A stretch of DNA of 64,000 nucleotides, taken from positions 708,322 through 772,321 of the forward strand of contig OZ244794.1 of the NCBI GenBank assembly GCA_965219915.1, written 5' to 3'. The translations under genes were made by a program, and so were the position numbers. The first letter of the stretch is position 1, and each line of letters opens with the position of its first letter. This document shows positions 37,733 to 48,472 of the stretch, piece after piece. The stretch is from Rhodothermales bacterium (GTDB lineage Bacteria; Bacteroidota; Rhodothermia; Rhodothermales; Bin80). The notes under the pieces are model-generated. The model saw only the letters and a program-made list of their open reading frames with translations. It made no database searches and had not been told where the DNA came from.

Positions 37733-39436
37733 TCACTGAACCAGAAGTTTCCCGTGAGCAGTCAACAACGCATTCTGCTTGGAAACGATGACACGGTACA
37801 GGTACACTCCTCCAGGGAGCGTACTTGTGGGTACAAGGACGGATTGTTGAATTGCCGGAGCCATTATTTGTGGGGGTATAGTAGTAATGCGGCGCCCAAG
37901 CAAGTCATGTAACTCTACCGATACGCTGGCTCGCTCAGGCAGGTCAAAAACTATGCGCGTGTCACCGGACGAGGGACTGGGAAAGTGACCATGAAGAATA
38001 AAGCCTGGTAACGCATCTGGGAGTTCATTGCTCAGTGATTCGTGTACGGAGAGTTCGAACTGTAGTGCCCCCTGCAAACCGTTGGTATCTACAGCATGGA
38101 GCGTATAGGTAGTCGTGTCTGCGAGGACAGTGGCTGTTCCCTGTAATGTGCGCGTTGAAGCATCAAAGGACAGCCCCGCGGGAAGAGAGGGGGAAAGCGA
38201 GTAGGTAAATGATCCACTACCTCCTCGGGCAGCGGGTAGCGTGGTGGTTGGGATCGGGGCACCCAGCATGAATTGAAGAGGCTCAACAAAGGATTCAAAT
38301 CCCAGTGAGCCGCCTGTTGCCGAGAACCTGTAAATCCGCCCATTTCCAGCGAGCATAAAGACTTCGCTTTGGTGATCTATGCCGAAAGAAAGAGGAGACA
38401 GGAAAGTGTCTTCTAGTAATGCGCTTTCCAGCAGGGTATTTCCGTCGTAGAGCAGTCCCCAAAACCGACCGTCGACATAGTCTCCGAAAACATACCAGCC
38501 TGTAAGATCCGGTACCCCAGGGCCGCGATAAACGTATCCGCCCGTTACGGAGGCAGGACCGTTTGAGTGATCATATTCAAAAATCGGCAGCACCAGGCCA
38601 CTTTGGTCACAGTTCGCACGCGGCCGAAAACACCGCGTTCCTTCAATGATCGGCCACCCATAATTCTTGCCATTTTCGATGATATCGATTTCTTCGATCG
38701 TGTTTTGCCCTACATCTGCGGCGTAAAAAACGTCAGTCTTGAAATCGAAAGCGAATCTCCATGGGTTACGAAGTCCCCAGGCAAAGATTTCCGGCAGACC
38801 GCCAGCCCCGCTGGCAAAAGGGTTATCCGGCGGGATTGTGTAGGGAACATCATCCACATTGATTCTGGAGATAGTACCCAGAAGCGAGCGTGTATTCTGA
38901 CCGTTTCGGAATTGGTCGTTTGCACCGCCCCCATCACCGAAAGCAATGTACAGAGCGCCTTCGGGCCCAAAGCCCAATTGTCCGCCGTTGTGGTTGCCAG
39001 CGGGCTGATTTACCTCGAGGATCACGGTTTCGCTGTTCGAATCGGCCCGGTTTGGATCACCAGCGAGCAAACTAAAACGGGCGACTACGCTCCGTCTTGG
39101 GTTTGAGGCACTGTAGTAGACAAAAAAGTACCCGTTAACGGCGTGGTCCGGATGAAAGGCCAGCCCAAGCAAACCTTCCTCGTTATTAACTGCTCGAACG
39201 CGGTCCCGTATGTCCAGGAATCTGTGACGATCGGTTACATCCTGCTTGTTTTCAAAAGTCCAAATAATGCCTTGTTGCTCGACAACAAAGAGCTGTTCTC
39301 CGAAGTGCTGCATATCCACGGGCCGATTAAAGAAAAGGTTTGGAAATGCGTGTTCGAGAGTGACCTGGGGCTGGCTCCAGGCAGGGACTGCGGCAATAAA
39401 TATCCCAGCGAGAATGAGGATGCACGTCCTTTGCAT
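37733..39436 (-). CDS. PQQ-dependent sugar (glucose/sorbosone) dehydrogenase-family beta-propeller with Ig-like region and T9SS C-terminal sorting domain
   Basis: EGLLGLAFHPD.., NHNGGQLGFGPEGALYIAFGDGG and FAWGLRNPWRFAFD are sGDH-family blocks. The C-terminus ..GGVYLYRVIVSKQ...GKLLVQ is T9SS CTD-like. Confidence 0.8.
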   Translation of the reverse strand: MQRTCILILAGIFIAAVPAWSQPQVTLEHAFPNLFFNRPVDMQHFGEQLFVVEQQGIIWTFENKQDVTDRHRFLDIRDRVRAVNNEEGLLGLAFHPDHAVNGYFFVYYSASNPRRSVVARFSLLAGDPNRADSNSETVILEVNQPAGNHNGGQLGFGPEGALYIAFGDGGGANDQFRNGQNTRSLLGTISRINVDDVPYTIPPDNPFASGAGGLPEIFAWGLRNPWRFAFDFKTDVFYAADVGQNTIEEIDIIENGKNYGWPIIEGTRCFRPRANCDQSGLVLPIFEYDHSNGPASVTGGYVYRGPGVPDLTGWYVFGDYVDGRFWGLLYDGNTLLESALLEDTFLSPLSFGIDHQSEVFMLAGNGRIYRFSATGGSLGFESFVEPLQFMLGAPIPTTTLPAARGGSGSFTYSLSPSLPAGLSFDASTRTLQGTATVLADTTTYTLHAVDTNGLQGALQFELSVHESLSNELPDALPGFILHGHFPSPSSGDTRIVFDLPERASVSVELHDLLGRRITTIPPQIMAPAIQQSVLVPTSTLPGGVYLYRVIVSKQNALLTAHGKLLVQ

Positions 39437-39662
39437 AACTGATTGAGACTATGAGGATTCTTGGATGCAATCTCCTTGGCTTACCCGTCTCTCACAAAAA
39501 CGTTTTTCGAAATTGCGATAACCGGGAGGTATGAAGTGCATGGGTTCGGAAGCCTTCCTCAATTCACGATGATCCAGAATGTCTGCAGGGCCGGTTCGGG
39601 AAGTTGAAAGGGAATATCTTATAGCATCTCAAAAGAGACTGGTCTCAATTTGCAGGTTACAC

Positions 39663-41666
39663 ATGAAAACATTTGCAGGTTTAGTTGTCCTATTCGTAAT
39701 AACTGCCAGCGTGCAGGCGCAGGAACGGATAGAGTTGGCGCAGTATTTGGACATGGAAACGGTATCCAATCCTCAGTTGTCCCCGGATGGGGCGGAAATC
39801 ATTTATACGAGAGGCTGGATTGATAAGATGGAGGATCGGAGAGCATCAAGCCTCTGGATCATGGATTCGGATGGTGCCCACAACCGGTTCCTGATTCACG
39901 GTTCTTCTCCTCGCTGGTCACCTGACGGTACACGCTATCTCTATCTCGCGGACGGAGAACCCAGTGGGCGTCAAGTTTTTGTACAATGGCGGACCATTGC
40001 CGGGCCGGCCACACAGGTCACGCGCCTCGAGCAGGCGCCCTCCAATGTGCGATGGAGCCCGGATGGGAAATGGATTGCCTTTACTGCCTTTGTTCCGGGA
40101 GATAAAGGCTGGGGCATCAGCCCACCCGGCAAACCGGAAGGGGCCAAGTGGACGGCCTCCCCGAGGGTCGTAGAAGATTTGGTCTACCGGCGTGACCGCG
40201 TTGGATTCTACGAGCCGGGATATACCCATGTGTTTGTAGTTTCCGCCGAGGGAGGAACAGCACGGCAGCTCACTGAAGGTGACTGGCATCACGGACGTGC
40301 AGGTATAGCCTGGACCCCAGATGGATCCGAAATCCTGTTTTCCAGTCTTCGCACCGAAGATGCACCCTGGGCATGGAGGGAGTCCGAAATCTATGCGGTC
40401 AATGTGTCCTCGGGTGATATTCGACAGCTTACTACACGTAGAGGTCCTGATAGTAATCCTGTGGTATCTCCTGATGGACGCCTGGTCGCTTACACGGGAT
40501 ATGACTTTTCAGATGACACATACATTGCGCAGCGCCTTTATGTGATGAACATTGACGGCAGTGGCTCAAAAGTATTGACGGAAAGCCTTGACCGTTCCCC
40601 CAGAGGATTGATATGGCAGCCTGACAGTGAGGGAGTATATTTTACGGCCAACGATCACGGTACGCGCAACCTGTACCATGTTGATCTGGATGGCAACGTG
40701 AGGCCGATCACCCAACTGAATGCCATGCTGAGCATTTCGAGTGCGGTGGGAGGCCAGTTTGTAGGTACGTACAGCGATTCATACAATACTTCACAACTGG
40801 TCACTTTGGGTGTCGAGGAAGATGCTCCCCAAGTATTGGTTAATGTTAATGACGATGTTTTGGGGCATGTCGATCTAGGCGTTGTCGAAGAAATAAACTA
40901 TTCCTCCTTGGATGATCTAGGTATTCAGGGGTGGATCATCAAGCCGCCAGACTTTGATGCCGATAAAAAGTATCCGCTGATTCTTGTGATCCATGGTGGT
41001 CCACATGGCATGTATAATGTCGGTTTCAATTATTCCTGGCAGTACCATGCCGCCCAAGGGTATGTCGTACTATACACCAATCCACGTGGATCAAGCGGAT
41101 ATGGCAGTGATTTTGGCAATGCCATCAAGCGGGCTTACCCCGGCAAAGACTACAATGATCTGATGCGTGGAGTAGACGAGGTTATAGCACGTGGTTATAT
41201 AGATGAAGACAACTTATTCGTGTATGGTTGCAGTGGGGGAGGTGTATTAACTTCATGGGTTGTCGGGCAGACTGATCGTTTTGCTGCCGCCAGTGCCAAC
41301 TGTCCGGTAACCAACTGGCTTTCATTTGTAGGGACGACAGACGGCGCTTCCTGGTACTATAACTTTGACCATCTTCCCTGGGAAGATCCCTCGGAGCACC
41401 TGCGTCGCTCGCCACTAATGCACGTCGGTAATGTCTCGACACCAACCATGCTCATGACGGGGGTCAATGATTTACGTACACCCATGTCGCAGACCGAGGA
41501 GTACTATCAGGCGCTCAAGTTGCTCAAGGTGCCAACTGCCATGATCCGATTCAACGGAGAATACCACGGTACAACCTCCAAACCCAGCAACTATTTGCGC
41601 ACGCAGCTTTATCTGCACCATTGGTTTAAGAGGCATGCGCGTGAGAGTGATAGAGCGCACTTGTAA
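39663..41666 (+). CDS. S9-family serine peptidase (prolyl oligopeptidase / acylaminoacyl-peptidase type) with N-terminal beta-propeller
   Basis: Signal peptide from MKTFAGLVVLFVITASVQA. Repeated SPDG propeller blades. The catalytic domain has IHGGPHG, GCSGGG (GxSxGG), and D/H near the C-terminus. Confidence 0.9.
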   Translation: MKTFAGLVVLFVITASVQAQERIELAQYLDMETVSNPQLSPDGAEIIYTRGWIDKMEDRRASSLWIMDSDGAHNRFLIHGSSPRWSPDGTRYLYLADGEPSGRQVFVQWRTIAGPATQVTRLEQAPSNVRWSPDGKWIAFTAFVPGDKGWGISPPGKPEGAKWTASPRVVEDLVYRRDRVGFYEPGYTHVFVVSAEGGTARQLTEGDWHHGRAGIAWTPDGSEILFSSLRTEDAPWAWRESEIYAVNVSSGDIRQLTTRRGPDSNPVVSPDGRLVAYTGYDFSDDTYIAQRLYVMNIDGSGSKVLTESLDRSPRGLIWQPDSEGVYFTANDHGTRNLYHVDLDGNVRPITQLNAMLSISSAVGGQFVGTYSDSYNTSQLVTLGVEEDAPQVLVNVNDDVLGHVDLGVVEEINYSSLDDLGIQGWIIKPPDFDADKKYPLILVIHGGPHGMYNVGFNYSWQYHAAQGYVVLYTNPRGSSGYGSDFGNAIKRAYPGKDYNDLMRGVDEVIARGYIDEDNLFVYGCSGGGVLTSWVVGQTDRFAAASANCPVTNWLSFVGTTDGASWYYNFDHLPWEDPSEHLRRSPLMHVGNVSTPTMLMTGVNDLRTPMSQTEEYYQALKLLKVPTAMIRFNGEYHGTTSKPSNYLRTQLYLHHWFKRHARESDRAHL

Positions 41667-41674
41667 ACTTCTGG

Positions 41675-42799
41675 ATGATTACACATCCCATAGCTGTATT
41701 CCTGATTCTGGCGGTTATCGTTTGGGCTTCGGTGTGGTTGGAGTCTCACGTAGCGCTCTTCAAGGCGCTCAGTGCGGCGTTGGTTGGCATACTGTTGGCA
41801 ATGGTATTATCCAACGTGGGGATTATTCCGGCAGATAACAAGGCCTATGATATTCTGATCAATCCCGGTATCAGTCTGGGCATTGTACTGATTTTGCTGG
41901 AAGTAAATGTCAAAACCATTCGCAAGGCAGGTGGAGCAATGCTGGCTGCATTTGGTCTGGGGGCGGTCGGCACAGCTGCTGGCGCATTTGTCTCGGCATT
42001 GGTGTTGGCACCGCTCGTTGGACCGGAAACCTGGAAGCTGGCCGGTCAATTTACCGGTACGTATAATGGAGGTGGGGTCAATTTTGCAGCGCTGGGGCGT
42101 GCGTTTGAAACCAGCAGTGAGCTTTTTGCTGCTGCGATTGCCGCGGATGTGCTTCTGACAGCACTGTGGATGGCCGCTTGCCTGATGGTTCCGTTACTGT
42201 TCAGGCGAAAGCAGAGGGAGGAAAGTATCCAGTCCAGGGACGGTCTAACCCAATCTTTATACAAGAGCAAGGAGCGCATAGCTTTGCAGGATACCGCCCT
42301 CCTGGTGGTTATCGCACTGGGTGCCGTTTGGTTTGCCGAACAATTGGGGAATCTAATTCCAGTCATCCCCGAGGTGCTGTGGTTGACCACCATTGCACTT
42401 GCAGTCGCACAAGTGCCACAAGTGCGTCGGCTTTCAGGTGCAGCCATGTGGGGATACTACTTGCTCTTGCTCTTCCTAACCACGAATGGGGCGCAGTCCG
42501 TGGTGCGCAATATTGTAGCCATCGGTCCAGGTGTGCTTTATTTTGCGATTGGTACACTGACGCTGCATGGAATTTTCGTGTTCGGACTTGGCGTGTTGTT
42601 AAAGATGGATCCGACTACGCTGGCAATAGCTTCACAGGCAAATGTGGGCGGACCTGCCTCGGCAATGGCATTGGCCACTGCTCGGGGTGCTGCGGATCGG
42701 GTATTGTCAGGTGTGGCGGTGGGGCTGCTTGGATACGCGATCGGCAATTACACTGGGTTCGCAATTGGTATGCTGGCACGTGGAATCCTGGGGTACTAG
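41675..42799 (+). CDS. Polytopic membrane protein, DUF819-like
   Basis: 374 aa with ~10 predicted TM helices. The N-terminal ...FKALSAALVGILLAMVLSNVGIIP resembles the DUF819 family. The call is tentative. Confidence 0.55.
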   Translation: MITHPIAVFLILAVIVWASVWLESHVALFKALSAALVGILLAMVLSNVGIIPADNKAYDILINPGISLGIVLILLEVNVKTIRKAGGAMLAAFGLGAVGTAAGAFVSALVLAPLVGPETWKLAGQFTGTYNGGGVNFAALGRAFETSSELFAAAIAADVLLTALWMAACLMVPLLFRRKQREESIQSRDGLTQSLYKSKERIALQDTALLVVIALGAVWFAEQLGNLIPVIPEVLWLTTIALAVAQVPQVRRLSGAAMWGYYLLLLFLTTNGAQSVVRNIVAIGPGVLYFAIGTLTLHGIFVFGLGVLLKMDPTTLAIASQANVGGPASAMALATARGAADRVLSGVAVGLLGYAIGNYTGFAIGMLARGILGY

Positions 42800-42943
42800 G
42801 GTATGGGTTGCATCGGGTGTGGGCGGTTAATAATGAGGATGAGAGCCCACTTGGGATAGATATAGCTTAAACGGTGAGATTCCTGACGGATCAATACATG
42901 TCGTGAAGGGAATAAAAGCCATCCTCAACACCGCAATAGTTTC

Positions 42944-44746
42944 GTGATCGGTAAGCGCCGTAAAATCACTCGGTCGGCCTGGCACCAGGCACGGCGCCTA
43001 ATGTGGAATTATCGTAAGGTCCTTGCCATAGGTATGGGCCTCATGGTGGTCAATCGCGTGAGTGGGTTTGTGTTACCGGGCAGTAGTAAGTGGTTGATTG
43101 ACGAGGTGATCGGCAATGATCGAATGGATCTCCTTCTTCCGCTGGCTATACTGGCGGCTTTGGCCACCGTCGTCCAGGCCGGAACGTCCTATTTATTATC
43201 GAACGTGATCAGCATAGCGGCCCAGCGCGCTATCATGGATATGCGCCGCCGGATCCATGAGCATGTGATACATTTGCCAGCACGTTTTTTCGAGCGACAC
43301 AAGAGCGGGGAGCTTATATCGCGCGTAATGAGTGACGCGGAAGGGATTCGCAACCTGGTGGGTACGGGTATTGTAATGCTGGCGGGGGGCGTGGTCACGG
43401 CTGTTTTGGCACTCCTAATCATGTTCGTACTCTACTGGCAGCTCACGCTTATTACCTGTGTAATTCTAGGGGTTTTCGGAGGCTTGATGGCCTATGCTTT
43501 CCGGGCACTACGCCCCATATTCAGAAAACGTCAGAAAATCCAGGCAGAGGTAACAGGTGCTCTCGGAGAGACATTGGGAGGCATTAGGCTGGTCAAGGCT
43601 TACGGTTCTGAAGATCGGGAGCAAGCCAAATTCAGCGGCGGAATTGAACGGCTGTTTGATTTGATTGCCAAATCTATTCGAGGACGCTCTGCAACGGTTG
43701 CGTTCGGTACGGTCTTCGTTGGCGTAGTTGGTGTCCTCATGATTGTGATGGGGGGCAGGGCAATCGCCGAAGGCGTATTGACACTTGGAGACTTTGTGAT
43801 GTACATCTTTGTGGTTGGTGTCATGGTCGCACCGATCGTGCAAATGGCTATGGTAGGCACCCAAGTTTCAGAGGCCTTTGCAGGACTTGATCGAATCCGG
43901 GAGCTGATGGCAGAGACGCGTGAAGATGAGGATGAAGCTCAGCGAAAGACGCTGAGAACTGTTGGGGGAGAGATTGTTCTGGAAAACGTACACTTCCGAT
44001 ACGACGAAACAGTACCTGTTATACAAAACGTTTCGCTCAGAGCTGCCGAGGGGACGACGACTGCGCTTGTTGGTTCTAGCGGTTCAGGCAAGAGTACCCT
44101 CGTGAGCTTGGTCATGGGTTTTAATAAACCCGACGCGGGACGGGTTTTGGTGGATGGCCTGGATCTAGCAACAATAAAGTTGAGGGATTACCGCAAGCAT
44201 CTGGGGGTCGTGATGCAGGAGAATTTCCTGTTTGATGGCACGATCGCGGACAACATCAGTTTTGCCAGACCAGAGGCCTCACGCAACGAGATTGAGGACG
44301 CAGGCAGGATTGCTAATGCGGATGAGTTTATCAGAAGTTTTCCCAATGCCTACGATACGATCGTTGGTGAGCGCGGGGTCAAACTAAGTGGAGGACAGCG
44401 GCAAAGAATCTCCATCGCACGTGCGATTCTGGCAAACCCAAGAATCCTGATTCTTGACGAGGCAACGTCCAATCTTGATACGCAAAGCGAGGCATTGATC
44501 CAGGAAGGATTCCAGAATCTGCGTTATGGAAGAACGACGTTCGTGATTGCACATCGACTCTCAACGATCCGCAGTGCGGATCAAATATTAGTCCTGGAGG
44601 ACGGCGAGATTATCGAACGTGGTAATCATTACACACTCTACGACCTAGCGGGCCGCTATCGCGAGCTGTATGACCAGCAGCATAGTTACGAAAAAGATCT
44701 TTATGTGAATCCTGGAGAGGACTATCTGCCTAGTTTCAGCCGGTAA
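42944..44746 (+). CDS. ABC exporter, fused permease/ATPase (MsbA/multidrug type), GTG start
   Basis: Six-TM N-terminal domain followed by an NBD with [25 protein letters not shown] and ILILDEATSNLD. Confidence 0.9.
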   Translation: MIGKRRKITRSAWHQARRLMWNYRKVLAIGMGLMVVNRVSGFVLPGSSKWLIDEVIGNDRMDLLLPLAILAALATVVQAGTSYLLSNVISIAAQRAIMDMRRRIHEHVIHLPARFFERHKSGELISRVMSDAEGIRNLVGTGIVMLAGGVVTAVLALLIMFVLYWQLTLITCVILGVFGGLMAYAFRALRPIFRKRQKIQAEVTGALGETLGGIRLVKAYGSEDREQAKFSGGIERLFDLIAKSIRGRSATVAFGTVFVGVVGVLMIVMGGRAIAEGVLTLGDFVMYIFVVGVMVAPIVQMAMVGTQVSEAFAGLDRIRELMAETREDEDEAQRKTLRTVGGEIVLENVHFRYDETVPVIQNVSLRAAEGTTTALVGSSGSGKSTLVSLVMGFNKPDAGRVLVDGLDLATIKLRDYRKHLGVVMQENFLFDGTIADNISFARPEASRNEIEDAGRIANADEFIRSFPNAYDTIVGERGVKLSGGQRQRISIARAILANPRILILDEATSNLDTQSEALIQEGFQNLRYGRTTFVIAHRLSTIRSADQILVLEDGEIIERGNHYTLYDLAGRYRELYDQQHSYEKDLYVNPGEDYLPSFSR

Positions 44747-44755
44747 ACCTGAGAA

Positions 44756-45625
44756 TTACAGACGATAGCGAACAGTGGCCATCACGGTAGTCAGATTGGC
44801 CTCACTGAAGGTTGTCCTACTGGCTAGATCTGGGATCTTGTGCTCAGCGTAGCGTCCCTCACTGGAAATGCTCTGTAATAGCGTATAGCTAATACGTATG
44901 CCTGCCAGGATCTTGGTTGTGAGTGTATACTCGAACCCAGCGTGGCCGACACCCAGGAGAATCGTGTCAGAAAGATCTTCGTCCGCCAGCGAGTCATAGC
45001 TTGAAACGTCCCCCTTACATGGTGGGCCGGTGCATGAGAAACGCTCCTCGAAGTACAAATCCGTGACTACCCCGCGTGCAGCTCCCCCTCCCACACCGAT
45101 ATATGGACGGAGCATACGTGTCTCAGGGAGCAGGCTTAGAAATACATTCAGGCGAAAGGAGGATGCCTGAAGCCGCCCTATAGTTGTTGTGACCGTGCTT
45201 TGAACCCCGCTGCTCGGGTCATATGCAGGATAGTCTGTTCCATCCAGAAACGTGAGGCCCGAGAAGACTTGTTCCAGATTCTGTGATGAGTATTTAACGT
45301 TTGCGTCTATGCGCAGGCTACCTTGCTCCTTTCCAGCACCGACGCGAAAAGCAAACCCCGCATCTGTTGGTATTCGGTAGTACCAGCGATATCCGTCACC
45401 GGGTTGACATTCTGTTCGACCGGGGTAACAGGATGTATCGAAATTAAATCCCGCCTGGGACAGCTCGCTACTAAAGGTCGGGCCTGCCCCGATTTCTACA
45501 TACCAACTATCTGTCTGGGCCTGTGTGATTGAAAGTGCATTTACGGCAATAATTGCGAGAATAGCGATCCGTCTCACAGTTTTGGCAGCAAGTTTTGAGA
45601 CAAACCGTTTATCTTGGGAATTCAT
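44756..45625 (-). CDS. Outer-membrane beta-barrel protein (porin-like)
   Basis: Signal peptide ending AQ. Alternating hydrophobic beta-strand pattern. The C-terminus is TVMATVRYRL. Confidence 0.5.
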   Translation of the reverse strand: MNSQDKRFVSKLAAKTVRRIAILAIIAVNALSITQAQTDSWYVEIGAGPTFSSELSQAGFNFDTSCYPGRTECQPGDGYRWYYRIPTDAGFAFRVGAGKEQGSLRIDANVKYSSQNLEQVFSGLTFLDGTDYPAYDPSSGVQSTVTTTIGRLQASSFRLNVFLSLLPETRMLRPYIGVGGGAARGVVTDLYFEERFSCTGPPCKGDVSSYDSLADEDLSDTILLGVGHAGFEYTLTTKILAGIRISYTLLQSISSEGRYAEHKIPDLASRTTFSEANLTTVMATVRYRL

Positions 45626-45651
45626 GGCGATTGAGTAAATAATATGGCGAA

Positions 45652-47049
45652 ATGCGTTTTTCAGGTGTACTAGCAGTCCTAGTTATTGTGGCGTTCTGCG
45701 GCTGTGAATCGAACTCACTAGTGAGTAAGAATGGTTCATTTGCTGGGCAGCCAAACTTTGTGATAATCTTCGCTGACGACCTGGGTTACGGTGACTTAGG
45801 GGTGTATGGTCATCCGACGATTCGGACTCCGCATTTGGATCGGATGGCCTCTGAGGGACTTCGTTTTACCCAGTTCTATACCGGTGCATCGGTATGCACG
45901 CCTAGCCGGGCCGCTCTTCTGACCGGGCGGCTGCCTGTTCGAAGCGGAATGGCCGATGATCGAATCAGAGTTATCTTCCCTCCGAGCAAAGGAGGGTTGC
46001 CGGCGACAGAGATCACCATAGCGGAAGCGCTTAAGTCGGTCGGTTACGCGACAGCAGCGATTGGCAAGTGGCATCTGGGACATTTGCCGGAGTATTTGCC
46101 GACGGCACATGGCTTTGATGAGTATTTTGGAATCCCGTACTCGAATGATATGACCCCTTCGGCGAGTAAGGGGGCGCGCGTACAGACCTATCCGCCACTA
46201 CCACTGATGCGTGGTGAGGATATCATTGAAGAGGAACCCGACCAGCGTCTCTTGACACGCCGATATACAGAAGAATCGATCACTTTTATTCGCAGCAATG
46301 TAGATAACCCTTTTTTCTTGTATGTACCTCATTCGATGCCCCACATTCCCATTTTTGCCTCAGAAGATTTTGAGGGGACCAGTACACGTGGGCTTTACGG
46401 GGATGTAATTGAAGAATTGGACTGGAGCGTCGGACAAATACTGGAGGCCCTGCGAGAGACCGGGTTGGATCGCAAGACATTCGTGATATTCACTAGCGAC
46501 AATGGTCCATGGCTTACTGTCGGGCTTGCAGGTGGTACCGCAGGGCTTCTACGCAATGGTAAGGGAACGACTTGGGAAGGGGGGATGCGTGTACCGACGA
46601 TAGCCTGGTGGCCGGAGACAATTCCGGCTGGTAACGTTACACAGGCATTGGGAACGACCATGGATCTGCTACCGACGATGTTGGGACTGGCCGGAGCAGC
46701 GCTGCCGGGCGACCGGGTTCTAGATGGTGTCGACCTGACTCCGATTCTTTATGATCCTGCAGCTCGTGTTCGGGAATCCGTTTACTACTATCGAGGCGCA
46801 CAATTATGGGCCGCGCGGAAGGGCCCTTGGAAAATGCACTACATGACTCAGAGCGCTTATGTGGGAGATCAGCCGGTCATGCATATTCCGCCCGCGCTCT
46901 ATCACCTTGATAGGGATCCAAGAGAGCGATTTAATGTAGCCGCAGACGAGCCGGAGGTCCTGCGTGAGATTCAGGCAATGGTAGACGCGCATAAGGATGA
47001 ACTTGTAAAAGCGCCGTCGCAACTAGACATTCCAGAATGGAACAACTAA
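45652..47049 (+). CDS. Cys-type arylsulfatase (sulfatase family) lipoprotein
   Basis: PNFVIIFADDLGYGDLG followed by CTPSRAALLTGR, the C-x-P-x-R formylglycine target motif. Confidence 0.9.
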   Translation: MRFSGVLAVLVIVAFCGCESNSLVSKNGSFAGQPNFVIIFADDLGYGDLGVYGHPTIRTPHLDRMASEGLRFTQFYTGASVCTPSRAALLTGRLPVRSGMADDRIRVIFPPSKGGLPATEITIAEALKSVGYATAAIGKWHLGHLPEYLPTAHGFDEYFGIPYSNDMTPSASKGARVQTYPPLPLMRGEDIIEEEPDQRLLTRRYTEESITFIRSNVDNPFFLYVPHSMPHIPIFASEDFEGTSTRGLYGDVIEELDWSVGQILEALRETGLDRKTFVIFTSDNGPWLTVGLAGGTAGLLRNGKGTTWEGGMRVPTIAWWPETIPAGNVTQALGTTMDLLPTMLGLAGAALPGDRVLDGVDLTPILYDPAARVRESVYYYRGAQLWAARKGPWKMHYMTQSAYVGDQPVMHIPPALYHLDRDPRERFNVAADEPEVLREIQAMVDAHKDELVKAPSQLDIPEWNN

Positions 47050-47900
47050 CACGTTGCTTCTTGTTTTTGCTGTTTATTGGTGTAGCTGCGTGTGGTCAGG
47101 GACCATCGCCAACCCCTCCGCCTGGCATGGTGTATATCCCGGGCGGAAGAACGCAGATCGGTTCAGAGGATGGTGTACCGCATGAGCGGCCGGTCTTCAA
47201 GGCGCGAGTCAAATCTTTTTTTATGGATACATCCCCGGTTATTGTTGGAGATTTTCGGGAGTTTATTCAGGCAACTGGGTATGTGACCGAGGCTGAGTCT
47301 TTTGGGAACGCGGCTGTTTTCAATGTTGGAACCAGGCAGTGGGAGCTCAGAGACGGCGCGTACTGGGAGTGGCCAATGGGGCCAGATGGTCCTCCAGCAT
47401 CGGAGAATCATCCGGTGACGCAGGTATCGTGGAATGATGCAGTTGCATATGCGGCATGGGCTGATAAACGGCTCCCGACTGAGATAGAATGGGAGCATGC
47501 TGCCCGTCTGGGGAGCGATGGTCAGTATGCTTGGGGTGATTCGCTTGTAAAAGATGGCCAGCACAAGGCGAATGTATGGAATGGGCGATTTCCCGCATTT
47601 AATACCAATACGGATGGATATGCGACTACCTCACCTGTTGGAGTATTCGGGGCCACATCAACAGGACTCGTTGACATGGGGGGCAATGTTTGGGAGTGGA
47701 CAGCAGACTGGTACCGATCGTATGCAGACCGCAATAAAGAATTCAGGCCGAACCCGAACAGCGAAAAAGCACAGCGGGGAGGGAGTTTTCTGTGCGAACC
47801 TGGCTGGTGTCACGGCTATCGTGTGTCCGGGCGAAGCCACTCAACACCGGAGACGGCACTCTATCACGTAGGTTTCCGTCTCGTGAAGGATGTGCCGTAG
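47037..47900 (+). CDS. Formylglycine-generating enzyme (SUMF1/FGE family)
   Basis: Blocks HPVTQVSWNDAVAYAAWA..RLPTEIEWEHAAR, GNVWEWTADWY and RGGSFLC..WCHGYRVSGR match FGE. It overlaps the sulfatase gene by 13 nt. Confidence 0.9.
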   Translation: MEQLTRCFLFLLFIGVAACGQGPSPTPPPGMVYIPGGRTQIGSEDGVPHERPVFKARVKSFFMDTSPVIVGDFREFIQATGYVTEAESFGNAAVFNVGTRQWELRDGAYWEWPMGPDGPPASENHPVTQVSWNDAVAYAAWADKRLPTEIEWEHAARLGSDGQYAWGDSLVKDGQHKANVWNGRFPAFNTNTDGYATTSPVGVFGATSTGLVDMGGNVWEWTADWYRSYADRNKEFRPNPNSEKAQRGGSFLCEPGWCHGYRVSGRSHSTPETALYHVGFRLVKDVP

Positions 47901-48472
47901 TAATGCAGATATTGATCAACTGCTGCCACAGCGGTATTCAAGCGTTCGGTGTGGGTCCCTTTGATACTGACCGTGTTCAGCGCATGCTTTTGCGCCTCAG
48001 CGCGCAGGAGCGTATGCGAACGTAGACGTTCTTCCGGACTCGCACGTTGGCCGGGATCTGGTTCCCATGGAAAGTCCGGTTCCGTGAACAGGTATAGTCC
48101 TGACCTATGGTCCAAGGCGGACTTTTCAATGTCTGATGGGCAAGTTCCAAAGTAGATGCGCTGGTAGACACACGTTGTAAATAGGTCTGTATCCACGAAT
48201 AGAACCCTGCGGGCTCTGAGCCGCATCCGGGCGACAAGGTTCAGGTGTCCTTGAGCGATGGCATAGACATCAGACTCTTTGGGAAGTGCCCCTTTGTTGT
48301 CGACAAATAGACGCAGATATTCGGCAACCCAGGCAGTCTTGTAGTGTTTTGCCAGGGCTGTCGCCAGTGTTGTTTTTCCGGTCGATTCCGCCCCCATCAA
48401 CACCACGGTATGTAGGCGGCTGGGGTTTGCGTCCGACGGTTCAATTTTCTGTTGTTCTGTTTTCCAGGCCAT
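47864..48472 (-). CDS. P-loop ATPase, NadR-type (ribosylnicotinamide-kinase-like domain)
   Basis: VVLMGAESTGKTTLATALAKHYKTAWVAEYLR resembles the C-terminal kinase domain of NadR. No NMNAT or HTH part is present. Confidence 0.5.
   Translation of the reverse strand: MAWKTEQQKIEPSDANPSRLHTVVLMGAESTGKTTLATALAKHYKTAWVAEYLRLFVDNKGALPKESDVYAIAQGHLNLVARMRLRARRVLFVDTDLFTTCVYQRIYFGTCPSDIEKSALDHRSGLYLFTEPDFPWEPDPGQRASPEERLRSHTLLRAEAQKHALNTVSIKGTHTERLNTAVAAVDQYLHYYGTSFTRRKPT

Noticed and set aside
38567-39106. 179-aa plus-strand ORF inside the PQQ-dehydrogenase gene.
   Set aside because: It is antisense to conserved sGDH blocks and matches no recognisable family.
42166-42870. 234-aa plus-strand ORF overlapping the DUF819-like gene in another frame.
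   Set aside because: It has the Arg/Gly/Cys-rich composition typical of an off-frame reading. The 41675..42799 frame gives a coherent polytopic membrane protein.
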